DNA of 58,590 nucleotides, counting the filler, from Streblomastix strix (Eukaryota), in NCBI GenBank assembly GCA_008636045.1. It is 3 parts of 3 records of this genome, joined end to end, with 100 filler letters (N's around TTAATTAATTAA, not from the genome) between each part and the next. Parts side by side here need not be neighbours in the genome. Positions count along the whole stretch, not along the records: positions 1 to 19,476 come from SNRW01000511.1; 2 more parts are not named here. The stretch is one strand, 5' to 3'. Shown here in pieces: positions 1-12,653 of this stretch. Made by a program: the position numbers and the translations under genes. The notes beneath the pieces are model-generated. The model searched no databases. It worked only from the letters and a program-made list of their open reading frames with translations, and was not told the DNA's origin. Position 1 is the first letter of the stretch, and every line of letters starts with the position of its first letter.

Positions 1-3000
1 GATTTCGAATGCTTCTTCCTTGATTCAAACCTCCCATACCAAACAGTAGTGGTGCTAATTGAACTCTGGGTTGAATAGATGGAGCATTCAGTGTAGATTC
101 ATGAGATGAGACATATTCAGGCATAAGCATCGGTGTGAATTATGACGAATTTGATTGTGATGTTGAATGAGTATGTGAATGTGTAGTTAGACTCATACCT
201 GAGCTTATAGAGTGTGAACTCGTGGATGTATTGTCACGTCGAGGAAATAATGTTGGAGCATGCACATTAGATTGCTTTGGTAATATATGTGGTTGATGTT
301 GTAAGTTCTGTTGGTGTTATATTTATAGACTGGAGGGTGTTAATAATATTTATTATTATTAAGAATAATGAGAAGAAGATGTAGATTATGTTTATTATTA
401 AGAAGATTATTAAGATTATTAAGGTTGTTATTATTGATGTGTTTATGATGGAGATACGATTAATGATGAATAATCTTGAGGAGGCTATGTTTATGACTAT
501 GATAATAATTAACCCATATGCAATTGACTATGAGGAGCAAGAATTGATCTTTCATTTGGTACTGTTTGTGCAGTTGTAGAATTCATCTGAAATTAAGGCG
601 TTGATTAATCAAAATATTATAAAGGTTGTGCTATAAATTTTTATTATGATGATTATATAGAAGGCGAATTAATTGATTAAATTGATTATATTTATGTTAA
701 TTATTAAGATTACTGATGTCTTATAGTTAAAGGTGATGGTGATATGTGTTAAAGTTGTTATTAATGAAGAGATGTCACTAATTGAGGTGTTGGAGTTGAA
801 GGTGTGAAAGCTGATGTTATTCGAGATTCATGTTTTGACATCGCTTTGTTTGCTTTTGCTGCAGCTGACACTGTTCTTCTGTGCGGAAGAGAAGGAACAT
901 CAATCAATAAATATTCATTTTCGCTGTTTGAGCTCGTTTATTCTGAAGAATGTGTATCATTCTATGATGTGTTTTAATCATGATTTGTTGGAATATTCGT
1001 TTATTTAGATTCAGAATTCGAAGCTGATTAATTTTATTGAGCAATTAAAAGGTTTTGTTGCATTATTTCTTACGATCTTTAGAAAATATTCGCAATGCTC
1101 ATTGATACAGTTCTGTTGTGATATCTCTCTGCAACTGGTTCTTCTTATGCATTAATCAAATTTTATTCATTTTCATATTATTCTAAATCTGATTGCAAAT
1201 CTTCTGGAGTAGCATTATTATAATTTGAATCTTATGGTTGTATTTAATTGTTAATATTTACAATATTGTTGTTGTTAATAATATTATTAATTGTGGTTAT
1301 TTAAATCTTATCAGGTGAAGGTTATTCAGTCCAACAACGTCTATGTAGTGATGATTACCCACTTCTATTTGGAACTTCAACTTCAAGAGTTTTTTTATCT
1401 AATTTCTAATAATCAGTTTCATCTATTATTTATTCTTCTCTGTCTAATATTTAATTGGATTTTATATTCTAATTCTATTAATTGACATTACCATTATTAT
1501 TATCAGTACTATTATCAGTATTATAATCATTATTATTATTATTTATTCTATTCTATCCACCATGCATTTCAGCAGATGTTAGTGAGTATGCTCTTATATG
1601 ATGTTGCATAAGTTCATTTCTTCTTCTGTGTGTTCCAGGTGTCGTGTGTTTCTTTTGCTGATGTTGTTTGTCTTTATGGGGAAAGTGCTTCTTGGTTTTA
1701 TTGTTCATCATATTCTTATTATTATTATTACTATTATTATAAATCATTTAGTTATGAATGGTTAAAGCTTGTTTTCTAATGTAAATTAGGTTACGCAGAT
1801 ACAATTATTGGTAGGTGCGATTTAGAATTTTCAGATAAATTTGAGAAATCGTTTGAATTTGCAGATGTTTGTGTGTTTTGTGGCGTTTGTTTGGATAATT
1901 AATGTAGATGTTGTGATGAATGCTATTCATCACATTCAAATCCTGTTTGAATTGTTGGAGTTTGTGGAATGTTTTCATTTTCTGCTCTAAATTCAAATAA
2001 ATTGTCGTTTCTTATTCCTTATTACATTTGAAAGGTTCTTTGAGCAAAAGATGCTAATTGTGAAAGTGAGAAGTATTTGGGATGAATTTATTCATTTTCA
2101 GGTATAAATGATTAATACTAATATATATATATATGTTGAAAGTTGCATCATTCCTTCATCTGGCAGTATGATAATATCTTTTGAATGAGTTGATTTTTTA
2201 TTATTAATTAATTTTTTATTTTCTATATTCGATGAATATGATACTTTTCCAGATCCACTGACTGTGGTTTATTATTTCTTCATTTAACTTAAATCCTTAT
2301 TTACTTTAGCCAATATCAACAATTACAATTACTACCTCTCACCAAACTTCTTCTCTCTCTACAAACCGCTTCTTTTTCCTTATTTTGTAACATCCCTTGA
2401 TTTGAACCACATCGGAGGATGCATTGGAAGCCCAATCATCCAAACGCGGAATGTACCATCAACAGAACATGAGCAAAGGAACTTACCACATCCTGATATG
2501 TCAATGCCAGGAATGTTGTTTTCGTGGCCTTGGAGGAGAACCATGAATGTAGATGCATGTATTAGTGAGGGTGAATGTAATATGTGAGATGTTTATGAAA
2601 TGATGTGGGTTTGATTTGATGATGAATGTTAATGGATAATTGGTTATTATTATGATGATGATGATGACGAAGAAGAAGAAGAAGAAATGGAAGATTATTA
2701 TAAAGTTTTAGTTATTTATTTTGGTGTTTAATTTTATATCTTGAGTGAAATTTCGTTTTCTTTAATTATCTCTTGTTCCAATACCAATCCTTGTGTTATA
2801 ATCTCATTCATATGCAATTGCAGTCTTTCCTCCTCAAACTGGATAATATCTTCATTCTCTCTGCGTTTAATGCATTAATCACAATTCTAACTCACTGGTT
2901 TCTCATCAATCAAAGTAATCAAATGAGTGTTGGCTGATACAGCAAAGATCGCATTGTCTGCAGAAGGCCAATCTTCTTATTGTGGAAGTGCAACACCCAA

Positions 3001-3662
3001 AGTTTCTTCAGCGCGGCCTTTCCAGTTCGTGTTTTTGATGTAATTAATGTAAAGTGGTAGAGATGAATAAATAATATTTTTTTATAAGATTATTTATTTT
3101 TATATTAATTGTTTAATTGTAAATAATATTTAATTAAATATATTATATAATGCAATACCAAATAAGAGTGTAGAATGAAAGGTGATTTTTAGCTTTGATT
3201 TAATATTTCTGGTTAAATATTCTTCGGAATATCAAAAACATGTACGAGTCCACTGCAACTCACAGCAATGAGGACTTGGCGTCCATGTAAGAATTCAAAT
3301 CGGGGTTGGTTAATTTAAAACTAAATAGATTCAATTAAAATGATTTAAAAAATAGAATATATTAATTCATACTATTTTAGGGAATGTCTATATTTCATAA
3401 TAGCACATCGATGATTATAGAAGTCCAAAGTGCATATGGTATGTATAAATTTTATTATCTACAGCAATAAATGCGAAACAACCGTCAGGAGATACCGCTA
3501 ATAGAATCATCCTCTATGCATCAATTAAAATAATAAATTGAAGATAAAAAATTATAAACACACCCAATGTGGGACTGCAGGGGGTACAAGTTTAGTCACA
3601 AACAGCTTCCGAATTTGATAATTTCTCTGTGTATATCCATATCCGAAACGGAATGTTAGCAT
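1..3662 (-). CDS. CRT10-like WD40 protein with long Gln/Asn/Ser-rich C-terminal region (3' end off contig; several introns; apparent frameshift near 1640)
   Basis: Code-6 translation across GT-AG introns gives PPAVPHWRMILLAVSPDGCFAFIAVDNKIYTY, QINQPRFEFLHGRQVLIAVSCSGLVHVFD, FAVSANTHLITLI and LQGHENNIPGIDISGCGKFLCSCSVDGTFRVW. These match, from recall, the motif order of CRT10-family WD40 proteins (WRxNL, AVSxNxH, GHxxNIP). One splice junction (~3060-3158) was not resolved. Confidence 0.6.
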
Positions 3663-3815
3663 ACTTATTTAATGATGGAAATATGCGCAAATATATTTGT
3701 TCTAATTAAATAAACAAATTAACAGATTTTGAATTTAGAAAATACATTTAAATTAGTGATTTTAAATTTTCAAAATTCAAATTTCTTTTTCTGTGTCGTA
3801 ATATAAGTAGTATAG

Positions 3816-4035
3816 AAAGAAGAAGTTTATGCTAAGTACAAAATCGTATTTATTATAATCAATTTACCCGCGATTTTGAACTTTTTTCGTCAATTTGCGA
3901 AAATCCCTATGGCGGAAACACATAAATTAGTATGTTTCACAAATCAAAGGAAAATATACAAATTGATGAAATAGACAAATCGCGGATAAATTGATTATAA
4001 TAAATATGTTGAACTTACGCAAAACGTTCTTCTTT
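3816..4035. repeat. ~220 bp element with ~60 bp imperfect inverted repeats (MITE-like)
   Basis: 3847-3876 TATTTATTATAATCAATTTACCCGCGATTT is the reverse complement of 3977-4006 with 1 mismatch. Looser similarity extends outward (AAAGAAGAAG...GCTAAGT vs ACTTACGC...TTCTTCTTT). A partial third copy lies near 4133-4157. Confidence 0.6.
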
Positions 4036-4257
4036 AATCGTGAACAAGTAAATGATGCCAACCTTAATAATGACAATTAATTTATTAAATAAATTTATAC
4101 TAGGTAAATTAATTGTTTTTACTCATTTGTATTTTAATCAATTTACCTGCAATTTTAAACTTATCCCAAAACATTCTTTTTGAGCGATGATGCTACTTAA
4201 TTAATAAAATAAATTAATGAGAGTGTTAATAATTGTTATAATATTATATTATTAGTT

Positions 4258-4333
4258 GTCCCAGTAGTCCAGTGGGCAAATGTGTGAATTTTCCAAGAGG
4301 TTCAGGGTTCGAACCCCACAAATTAACGTTTTT
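4258..4333 (+). ncRNA. tRNA-derived Pol III unit (pseudo-tRNA or SINE head)
   Basis: A-box TAGTCCAGTGG and B-box GGTTCGAACCC at tRNA-like spacing, followed by a T5 run. There is no convincing acceptor or anticodon stem. Confidence 0.5.
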
Positions 4334-4622
4334 ACATTCAGTCATTTAGAGCCAAAGTGCAAAAATTTGTATGAAAATAATTTTTATTTTCGATTTTTGA
4401 CAAATTTTTTAATCCCCCTTTATTTAATTTTATTTTTAATTTTAATGATTTTTGGGATATTCAGGAGATGTTTTTTTTAATATAATTTTTACAAATGAGA
4501 ATTATCCTTAAAATTATTTTTTTTACAACATTCACGCGTATATTGATGAAAACTATATATAAAATATATGTAGAAATTAATTACCTGCGCATCATTTAGT
4601 GATGTTTAATAAAATAATCGCA

Positions 4623-5242
4623 TCAATATAAATCAAAATCATTGTATTCCTATTACTGTTCTTCTTGGGGCTGTTCTTGAATGATTTATTATGGTTCATG
4701 TTAAACTTGTTATGGCTCTTCCTTTTCAACTATCTATTTTGATTATTTGTTTCATTTTGCATTCAATTTATATTTCTCTATTTGTTTGATAGCGTCTTAA
4801 TGCTATTGCTTAATAAAAGAATTTTCCGTTCTTAATTTGATTAATTCATCTAAATCAAGCTATGGATTAGTGTAATTAATATATGGAGTTTTTCATATTT
4901 TTATAATTCTTTTTCTAATTTATTTCTTTAATGGTTTTTCTCGAACTTCGCTTATGGAATCATCATTTTCATTTTTTTCCTCTTACTGTTCATTAGATAT
5001 AATATCTTCATCATCAATTTATTTTTAAGATGCTTTTTAAACATTTTTCTTTGGAGCAACCCCTCCTTTAGCTTATAACAGCAATTTATTCTATTATGTT
5101 TATGTTAATTTTTTTTAAGTGTCATTTTTCCTTCTTCGAACACTTTAATATCTTTATTAATTTAGATGACATATCTATTGTCAAAGTATTCAGTATTTGT
5201 TCCATTCTCTATTAAATTCTTCAATGCGTGTTGTAAGTCCAT
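4623..5242 (-). pseudogene. Element hypothetical protein, Lys/Glu/Gln-rich, frameshifted
   Basis: MDLQHALKNLIENGTNTEYFDNRY... to ...QEYNDFDLY-TGA requires two frame changes and passes one internal TGA. Confidence 0.5.
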
Positions 5243-5265
5243 TTGAATAATTTTAATTTAGGAAA

Positions 5266-5988
5266 ATGATAAAGAGCATAGAAAGAAACTAAATTCGCAT
5301 GTCAAAATCTAAAAAATAAATGTCTGAGATTAAACATAAAGAACTTACGGATGAAAATAAAATTAGATTGCAATTGATCGATGAAGCAATTAGCAGGATT
5401 AAATCAATGCTAACTGTCGATGAGACAATCGAACCAAAAGAAAATGAAACATAAATTGAGAAGAAAATTATTACTTCAACGCCTGAATAATTGATCCTGA
5501 CAGAATAAAAAATTATTAAATATAAGAGTAAATATAATAAAGATAAATATAAATAAATTGATAGAACAATAGCATAAGTTGAACCAGAAGAAGTAATTAA
5601 AAATACTCATCTTTCTTATCCTAATTTGATGGTAATGAAATTCATTATTGATAAATTATGGAAGACAATTACTACAATAAAAAGAGGTGATGATTTTATA
5701 CTTTCATCAGATAACTTCATTAAACTTTGGTCACTAATCACTTAAGAAAATGAAGATGATATTGAAATAGTATTAGAAGAACCGTTGATGTAATCACATT
5801 CGTGCATAGAAAAATCATATAAAATGAAAGATCTAATAAGAGTAATGGATGTATTAATTAAAAACGTTAGTATATCTGTTATCGATAATGTATTATTCAA
5901 TTCTAATTAGAAACTGTATCGCATTAATAAGGATTTCGTTCGTTTATCTGATGCTCCTACATTAGAGATTACCAAAGATGATTTTTGA
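5266..5988 (+). CDS. Element hypothetical protein (240 aa, intact in code 6)
   Basis: Open ATG-to-TGA frame: MIKSIERNQIRMSKSKKQMSEIKHKEL...DAPTLEITKDDF. No recognisable motif. Confidence 0.65.
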
Positions 5989-6044
5989 TAATTATTTTAG
6001 ATGTCTATTTTTTTACTATTTATTTATTTTTACCCATAACCAAA

Positions 6045-7269
6045 ATGCTTTCACAATTCGAAATACTTAGAGGAAAATTGCTCGTGAAACCTTAAAATAT
6101 TGCAAAGGAAATATGCGCAGAACCAATATATTAATGTGATGATGATTTCTATTAACGAACAGTAAATTAATATAATAACCCATACTATAAATTATTGAAA
6201 CGTTATGGTAATAATCCATGGAATCCACAAATAATTTACATAATAATCGAGAAAAGAAATAATGAACATTTTGATGAAACAATTAAACATTATACATAAT
6301 AGATGAAAGAACTTCAAGATGGCATTTTTAGTTATCCAATACATAACTTTACTGATGATGAAGCAACTAAATTTTATGAAATTAAACTTGCAATTAAATA
6401 AATGTAAGAACAAACAAAATATAATTAGTACAGTTAATGCGGAGTTAAAAGTGAAGTTAATTGTATATAGTACTACGTTTGATGAACGATTGCTTTTGTA
6501 ATAAAAATGGTTCAATAATTAAGTGATTTAGATATGGTTGAAGAAGATGAATAATCTATGTAATAAGAATAGGTAATTAAATTAATATAATTGTAGAAAT
6601 AATAATAAAAATAAATTAAAGAACGTAACACATTATTTTAAATCATTGATTAAGAAATAATAAAGTATTTTTAATTATTTGTGTTAGTTCTTTAGGAATT
6701 CAATCGATTTTGTTAATTTACATACAGACTAGATAAATTGAGGAGTAAAGTCATTTTTATAACCCATAATTGCTAGTAAAATTGTTAAATAAATTGGAAC
6801 AAGCAACAAAATTCTTTTAGCTAATGGTGAAACAATTGATAAGGATTAAATAGCCTATGAACCTATTGAAAATGCACGATATTCAGCAATTGCATATGGA
6901 ATGTATGAATAGCGTATATGGGGTACATTTACAACATAAAATAGTAGAATATATATTTCTCTGTAAATAACACACCATAATCCCGATACATTATGGTAAT
7001 CAGGATATACTTTATTCTCAATCGTTGATAATGCGATAAAACCAAAATTCACTGAAACACCAACTTACATACCATTAAATGCTGTATTATTTGCATAAAA
7101 TATGTATGGTTATCCAATAGATTGGACTGGTGCAATTGCTATGGATTGTTTTATTAATCCTAATGCTAATGTTATAATAAATACAATGTGTTAGATTAGT
7201 TTACCTGAAGAATTTTGTGTATAAATATGTGATTCATATGCTATTCATAATTAGTCGTCTGGTCAGTGA
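6045..7269 (+). pseudogene. Element gene ending in a tail-fibre-like module (short fibre), disrupted
   Basis: The N-terminal frame MLSQFEILRGKLL... has TGA TGA at ~6480. After a frame change it reads DFVNLHTDQIN*GVKSFLQPIIASKIVKQIGTSNKILLANGET, a fibre-shaft-like repeat related to the one in the long fibre gene, then a beta-rich C-terminal domain. This could be two adjacent genes. Confidence 0.55.
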
Positions 7270-7462
7270 AACTGGCTTTGCGTAGTAAGTTGAACAATTT
7301 AAAAATAAATAAATGGACGGATTCAATGAAACAATCATCTATTCTCTGGAATAATTGAACATTAATTGGCATTCTATCTTTAAGACAATTTGGAAAGCAG
7401 CGATCAAATTTGCATGTGTGACTCAAAGATATGCCATTGAAAAATAAATTTATTTTTGCTTT

Positions 7463-9095
7463 TCAACTAGCATTAATCGTACTTCCGCCAAGCTCACCAA
7501 TTACATCGATATTTAACACTTATGGATCAGGATTATTATCAAATGTAATTCGCATAACTGCATCGTATAAGTAATGTAGCATTGGAGTAATAGATGCTTT
7601 AGTTGGATCTGGATAACTTCTCATAGCAAAAAATTATTTTAAGTCATTTTAGTTCCATACTTTATTTAAATCTAAGTTATCTAATACTCCTTTAGTCTAA
7701 TTACCATTTAAAATAACTCATATATTTATTAGGATATAGTGTTTTAGATGCTTTTGTCCCTTCAAATAATGTAGATGTAGTGAATACATTTACGTCGCCT
7801 CGTCCATATAATCCACCACCTTTATCAGAGCAGTTTAGATTTTCAAATGTAAGTGAATGATACAAATCTGATGGGGCACTAACAACATCTTAATCAACGA
7901 AACAATCAAACATTACTCCAGTAACGGTTTACGTCAGAGCTTCATATGAATATGGAACTACATGTCGTTAATCAATAATTAAATCAAAATCATAAAATAA
8001 TATAGGATAAAACCATGTTGGATACTATTGCATGACAAACGTCATGAAAATTGATTTATTATTAGAGAATGACATAATACTTTACATTGATCCACTTTAT
8101 CCAGAAAAACCACCAAATGAAAAATTTGATGATTAAGATCTAAATACTTAGGTAGGAAAATTAACTATTCTTTATTCTCTAATCATATTAACTATTGCTT
8201 CTTCATTTTCTACATTAAAGAATATGTTATTTATCTCTAATTTTTCAAATCGTGCATTATTAAAATAACTGATACAGTTCTATGGTCCTCTATCAGCAGC
8301 TGCAGCATTTTAAATATTGACTATTCGAACATTTAGTTTCTTATAATTAAATATTTCATCTTCAGTAGACTCCTTTAATAGATATATTATATCAGGTTTC
8401 TCAGGTGGAATCATGTGATAAGCTAAGTGTAGAATTTGAACAGTATCTTATTTGTTAAGCCAAACTACCATCAAATCCTAAAGATAATCTTATATCCAAA
8501 ATTATAGAAATAGTGAAGTATAATTCAAAGTAAGAACAGGAAATGAATTAAAGATTGGATTTAATTAATTAAGATCAAGTACTCCACTAAATGTAATATC
8601 AAATGCAATTTTAAAATACCATGGAGTTGTTGCTGATTTTAAATCAATATCAGATAGAGGAATGTAAATAAATATTCCACAATGACGTTTACCAGCAATG
8701 ATATTTTCTAGTGGAGAAACACTAACGCTATTGCTAGTGCATAAATCACTCAATGAATTAGAACAAATTGCTGCTTATTCATTAATATATATAGAAGTAC
8801 CCCATAATGCAGTGGCATCACGCATCAAATGAAATTGGTGAAATGGTCCAAACGCAGTGGAAAATCCAAACCAAAAACGTAATCGCTCAGATTCCTCATC
8901 TCCATCGGCTGTTTTTCCATAATAATTTTATTCGGCTTATGTCATACTTTTTGCAACAGCAGCTTATGAATCGTCTTGTCCATTGAAATTAATTCTTCTA
9001 TTAAATTCACCATCTTCAATATTTGTTTCATTTAATTATATCGCTAATGTATTTGCAGGAATGATAATTGTCCAATTTACTTAGCATGTTTATAC
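7463..9095 (-). pseudogene. Probable major capsid protein (double jelly-roll), N-terminus truncated, frameshift/deletion near 7718
   Basis: About 450 open codons: LRFWFGFSTAFGPFHQF...SPLENIIAGKRHCGIFIYIPL...DLNQLNPIFNSFPVLT...NFPTQVFRSQ...YPNKYM, then in a shifted frame VILNGN...PMLHYLYDAVMRITFDNNPDPQVLNIDVIGELGG. Beta-rich composition, size and context fit metamonad Polinton MCPs (recall, not a search). Confidence 0.65.
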
Positions 9096-9100
9096 CATTG

Positions 9101-11562
9101 AACAGGTGATTAATCACTAACGATATTGCTTACTACATTCAATATTAAAAAAGTTGGAGGATCAAGTGGTGGAATGATGTCGAATGATGAATACCAATTA
9201 TTCTTAGATAATAACAATGCATTAGTCTACGCCGCTAACAATTAAATCGTCGATGGAATAGAATCAGATTATGCATTAAAAATAAAACCTAATGGGTTGC
9301 TTACAATAAAGAATTTGAAAGTGATTAATTTTGATTTTGTTGCTTAGATTAATTAGTTGATTAATTAAGTGAATTTATTATAACTATCAATTGGAACAAC
9401 AGAATAGGATATATCTGATATAAAAAATGATATTGATACTATTAATCAAGAATTATCACGTTAAACACATTTTCGAGGATTTTACTTATTGAATACAGAT
9501 AAACAAAAATTTACCTAATTCCGATAATGGTGATTTTGCTTTTAGCGCTGAAAGTGGGACAGTTTGGATGTTTGATGCAAATTGGTATAGTAGTGTAGAT
9601 ATAGTACCTGATCAAGTAACTCCAGCAAGTGACGCAATACCATAATTGTCAATTGTATCAGGTAATGCTGGAGTAAGTACTGAATATGCTACAGGAGATC
9701 ATTAACATCTACTATAAGTTTCTAATGTTCTACCAGCAAAAGATACTGCTGTTGGTGATGAAGGTGTTGCTACTACTTATGCTAGATCAGATCATACCCA
9801 TCATGTAAATTTAGGTAATAGTGTTCCGAAAAAAGATACTGGAACTGGAACAGCAGGCTCAGCTAATGTCTATCCTAGTGCCACAATTTAACATCCTTTT
9901 AATATTGATCCAACTACTGCAAACGTTCCTTTAGTTAATGCTACTGCTGTAGCCAATAGAACGAGTGATTATTATTGTAGAAATGATCACGTTCATCCAT
10001 AACAATTAACTTATGATGGAAATGTAACTGCAACTAAATTTACTAAAACTGGAGGATTAGCAACTGAAGTATTGTGTGCTAATGGTGATACAACAATAAT
10101 AGATAGCAAGTTATCAAGAACTTACAACAGCAGCGCTGGTGGATTGATTAGATTATGTAACTTTCCTGCTAGTGCTAGTGTTGGTAGTCCATTCATTGAA
10201 TTTAAAATATATTCAGCATATAACGCTTTTCAAACCATTAGATTAGTGCCTTATTATACCGTTAATAGAATCAATCTGTATATGGAATATTTACTACTCC
10301 AACTAAAGTTAGTTCATATTATGATATTGAATAAGGTGTTAATTAACTATTTCATAATTATTTTGGAACAGATACATCAGCTATTTATTCAGCATATGTT
10401 AGATTAGAATCTGCTGGTAACGTTACGACAGTTGTATCAGATTAAAGCACTTAATATATCAATTGAATCATGGAGATATTAACTAAATATGTAGTCTCAG
10501 GAGTATCAAATGGTACATAAATACCAATTACTTATGATTTAACTAATGGCGGAATAATAAATTATATGCTATAAGTTAATCTAACAGGTTGACCATATAC
10601 TATATTTAATAATGAAATTAGAAATGGAAACTATAACACCGAATACTCATCACTATATTTAGACTGTTCAACTACGGCTAGAAATACAACACAAACATGT
10701 TAATGGGAGTTAAGTAAGACAAGCGATAGAGCACTAACAATAAATCCATCCTCTTTGCGATAAGCTGATCATAGTGTTGGTTTAAGTATTAATGGTGGTG
10801 GTTCAATAATTAAATTTAATGGTAATGAATTGGTTAATGTTGGAACTGATTAAACGATTAATGAAAGAAAAGCATTCAAAAAAGACTAGTTTGAAAAATA
10901 ACTAACGGGTTCAAATTATCCATTATTAATATTAAATAATAATAATTATTTAGAGTAATTGATAAATAGTAATGAATTGATATTGACTATTGATACTAGT
11001 TTACCAGCTGGTATTCGTTTATATATTAATTAACAGGGAAGTAATTTAAACACATAATACCCTTATTCTAAATTAGTTTAAAATTATGTTTTAAATGCTG
11101 GATCATTTGATTCATTTGTTGGTGTCAAATGTGGGATTGTTTAAATAATTCTAATGTAATAATTTCAATGAAGGATTAAGATTATCACGTTCTAGCGATA
11201 GTAATTATAGTGGAATTTATCTAGGGTGTAATCCAAATTCGACTAGTGGATCATTAACAGATTAATAGAGTATAGTAAATACACCTACTGGTGAATTAAG
11301 AATTGGAGTTAGTGATTAACTTCTTGAGGATAATAAAGGATTAATGATCTAAGCTGATGGTAACACATTAACATTCAATGGATCAGTTATAGCAGGAACT
11401 GCAGCGACAAATGGAGCAACAAAGGGATCAGTTAATTTTTCAGCTGGTAATCCAATACTATAGGGTGCAAATTGCGTTGGAACAGAAGGTGGATTTTATA
11501 GCAATGGAAATAATGTATTCTGGAGAGCTCATCGATTAAAAATGGGATCAGTTCCTCCATGA
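9101..11562 (+). pseudogene. Long phage-type tail-fibre-like protein, several frameshifts
   Basis: Coiled coil (DISDIKNDIDTINQELSR), then GDFAFSAESGTVW, repeats EYATGDHQH / TYARSDHTH / YYCRNDHVHP, NVTATKFTKTGGLATEVLCANG and two related beta modules, ending FWRAHRLKMGSVPP-TGA. Confidence 0.7.
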
Positions 11563-11588
11563 AAACATTAACGTTTATTTTTGTAAAA

Positions 11589-12046
11589 ATGGATAAACAA
11601 TAAACGTAGCAAATCAATCAATTATTCAATGAATTAGTTAAATAACACTTTAATAATAATGATACAATTAAAGTTACGATTGAAGCATTATAAAATTTGT
11701 TAAAGAATGATAAAAAAAATTAATCCATCCATTACTCTATGAATTAATGATAATCAACAAAATGTTCACTAATCAGTAGCAATAATTATAAAATATAAAG
11801 AAGATAGTTGATGAAGAAGATTATAAAAATAATTTATTTAATGAATAAGATAAGTACTTCAAAAATATATATCTATTAATCAAAAAATCGTTAGATCTTA
11901 ACAATTAACCATAACAAATAAAGAAATACATTATCTCTGAAGCTAGTGAAGAAGAAAAATAGATTTACAATTAATTTGTGAATGATGAGTAATACAGTAA
12001 CTTTGTCAATTATTATCAGCTTAATTTAAAATAATAAGATTGTTGA
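11589..12046 (+). pseudogene. Element hypothetical protein, frameshifted
   Basis: MDKQQTQQINQLFNELVK... continues through frame changes to ...NYYQLNLKQQDC-TGA. Confidence 0.4.
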
Positions 12047-12260
12047 TATATTATGGGTATTTAATTATGTCTTCAATTTTATTTTACATCGGTTCGTGAA
12101 AACTAAAGTGTTAGTTGAATTGTCCATATGTTTATTTTTCTTCATAATTCATTTCATTTAGACTTATTTCTATTAATACTTCAAATATTTTGAAATTCTC
12201 ATTCTCAGATGTATTATACTTTTCATTAATGCTTCTAGCTAATTAGTAAAGCTATTCCAT
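12006..12260 (-). CDS. Small element hypothetical protein (84 aa)
   Basis: Open code-6 frame MEQLYQLARSINEKYNTSENENFKIFEVLIEI..., immediately downstream of the hydrophobic ORF. Confidence 0.35.
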
Positions 12261-12270
12261 TTCATTTAAT

Positions 12271-12639
12271 TCAAACAATTTATTTAGTAGGATTATTTAA
12301 CATTTTAAGATAAAGGATACAAATCTAATGAGTAGCTAATTTTAAATCATTATTAGCTATTGCTTCATTCAGAAATGTTTCAATTTATTCTACAGATAGT
12401 TACGACCAGTGAATACGAGGCTAATTCTTATCCATTTTTCTTTTGTAAAAGAATTATATGATATAAATCGTTATATTTAATGGAACCAATACTATATCGA
12501 AATAACTCCATAATGTTTTTATTACATTAACGGTGTTCATCAATTTATTAGGTATGGATACTGATATGATTGATGTTATAAAATTAACACCATAGAACAT
12601 GCATTCCAATATTCCTCGTATCAGAGACAAAATGTTCAT
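12271..12639 (-). CDS. Conserved small element protein with hydrophobic N-terminal half (122 aa)
   Basis: MNILSLIRGILECMFYGVNFITSIISVSIP...QPRIHWSQLSVEQIETFLNEAIANNDL. A clear homologue lies at 20584-20982 in the same position relative to the ATPase. Confidence 0.75.
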
Positions 12640-12653
12640 TTATTATTTTTAAA

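Noticed and set aside
388..2587. Short plus-strand ORFs in the supplied track (and similar ones elsewhere)
   Set aside because: They are antisense or off-frame shadows of code-6 genes, with low-complexity, implausible composition.
4258..4333. Functional tRNA gene
   Set aside because: Promoter boxes are present, but no acceptor or anticodon stem could be formed.
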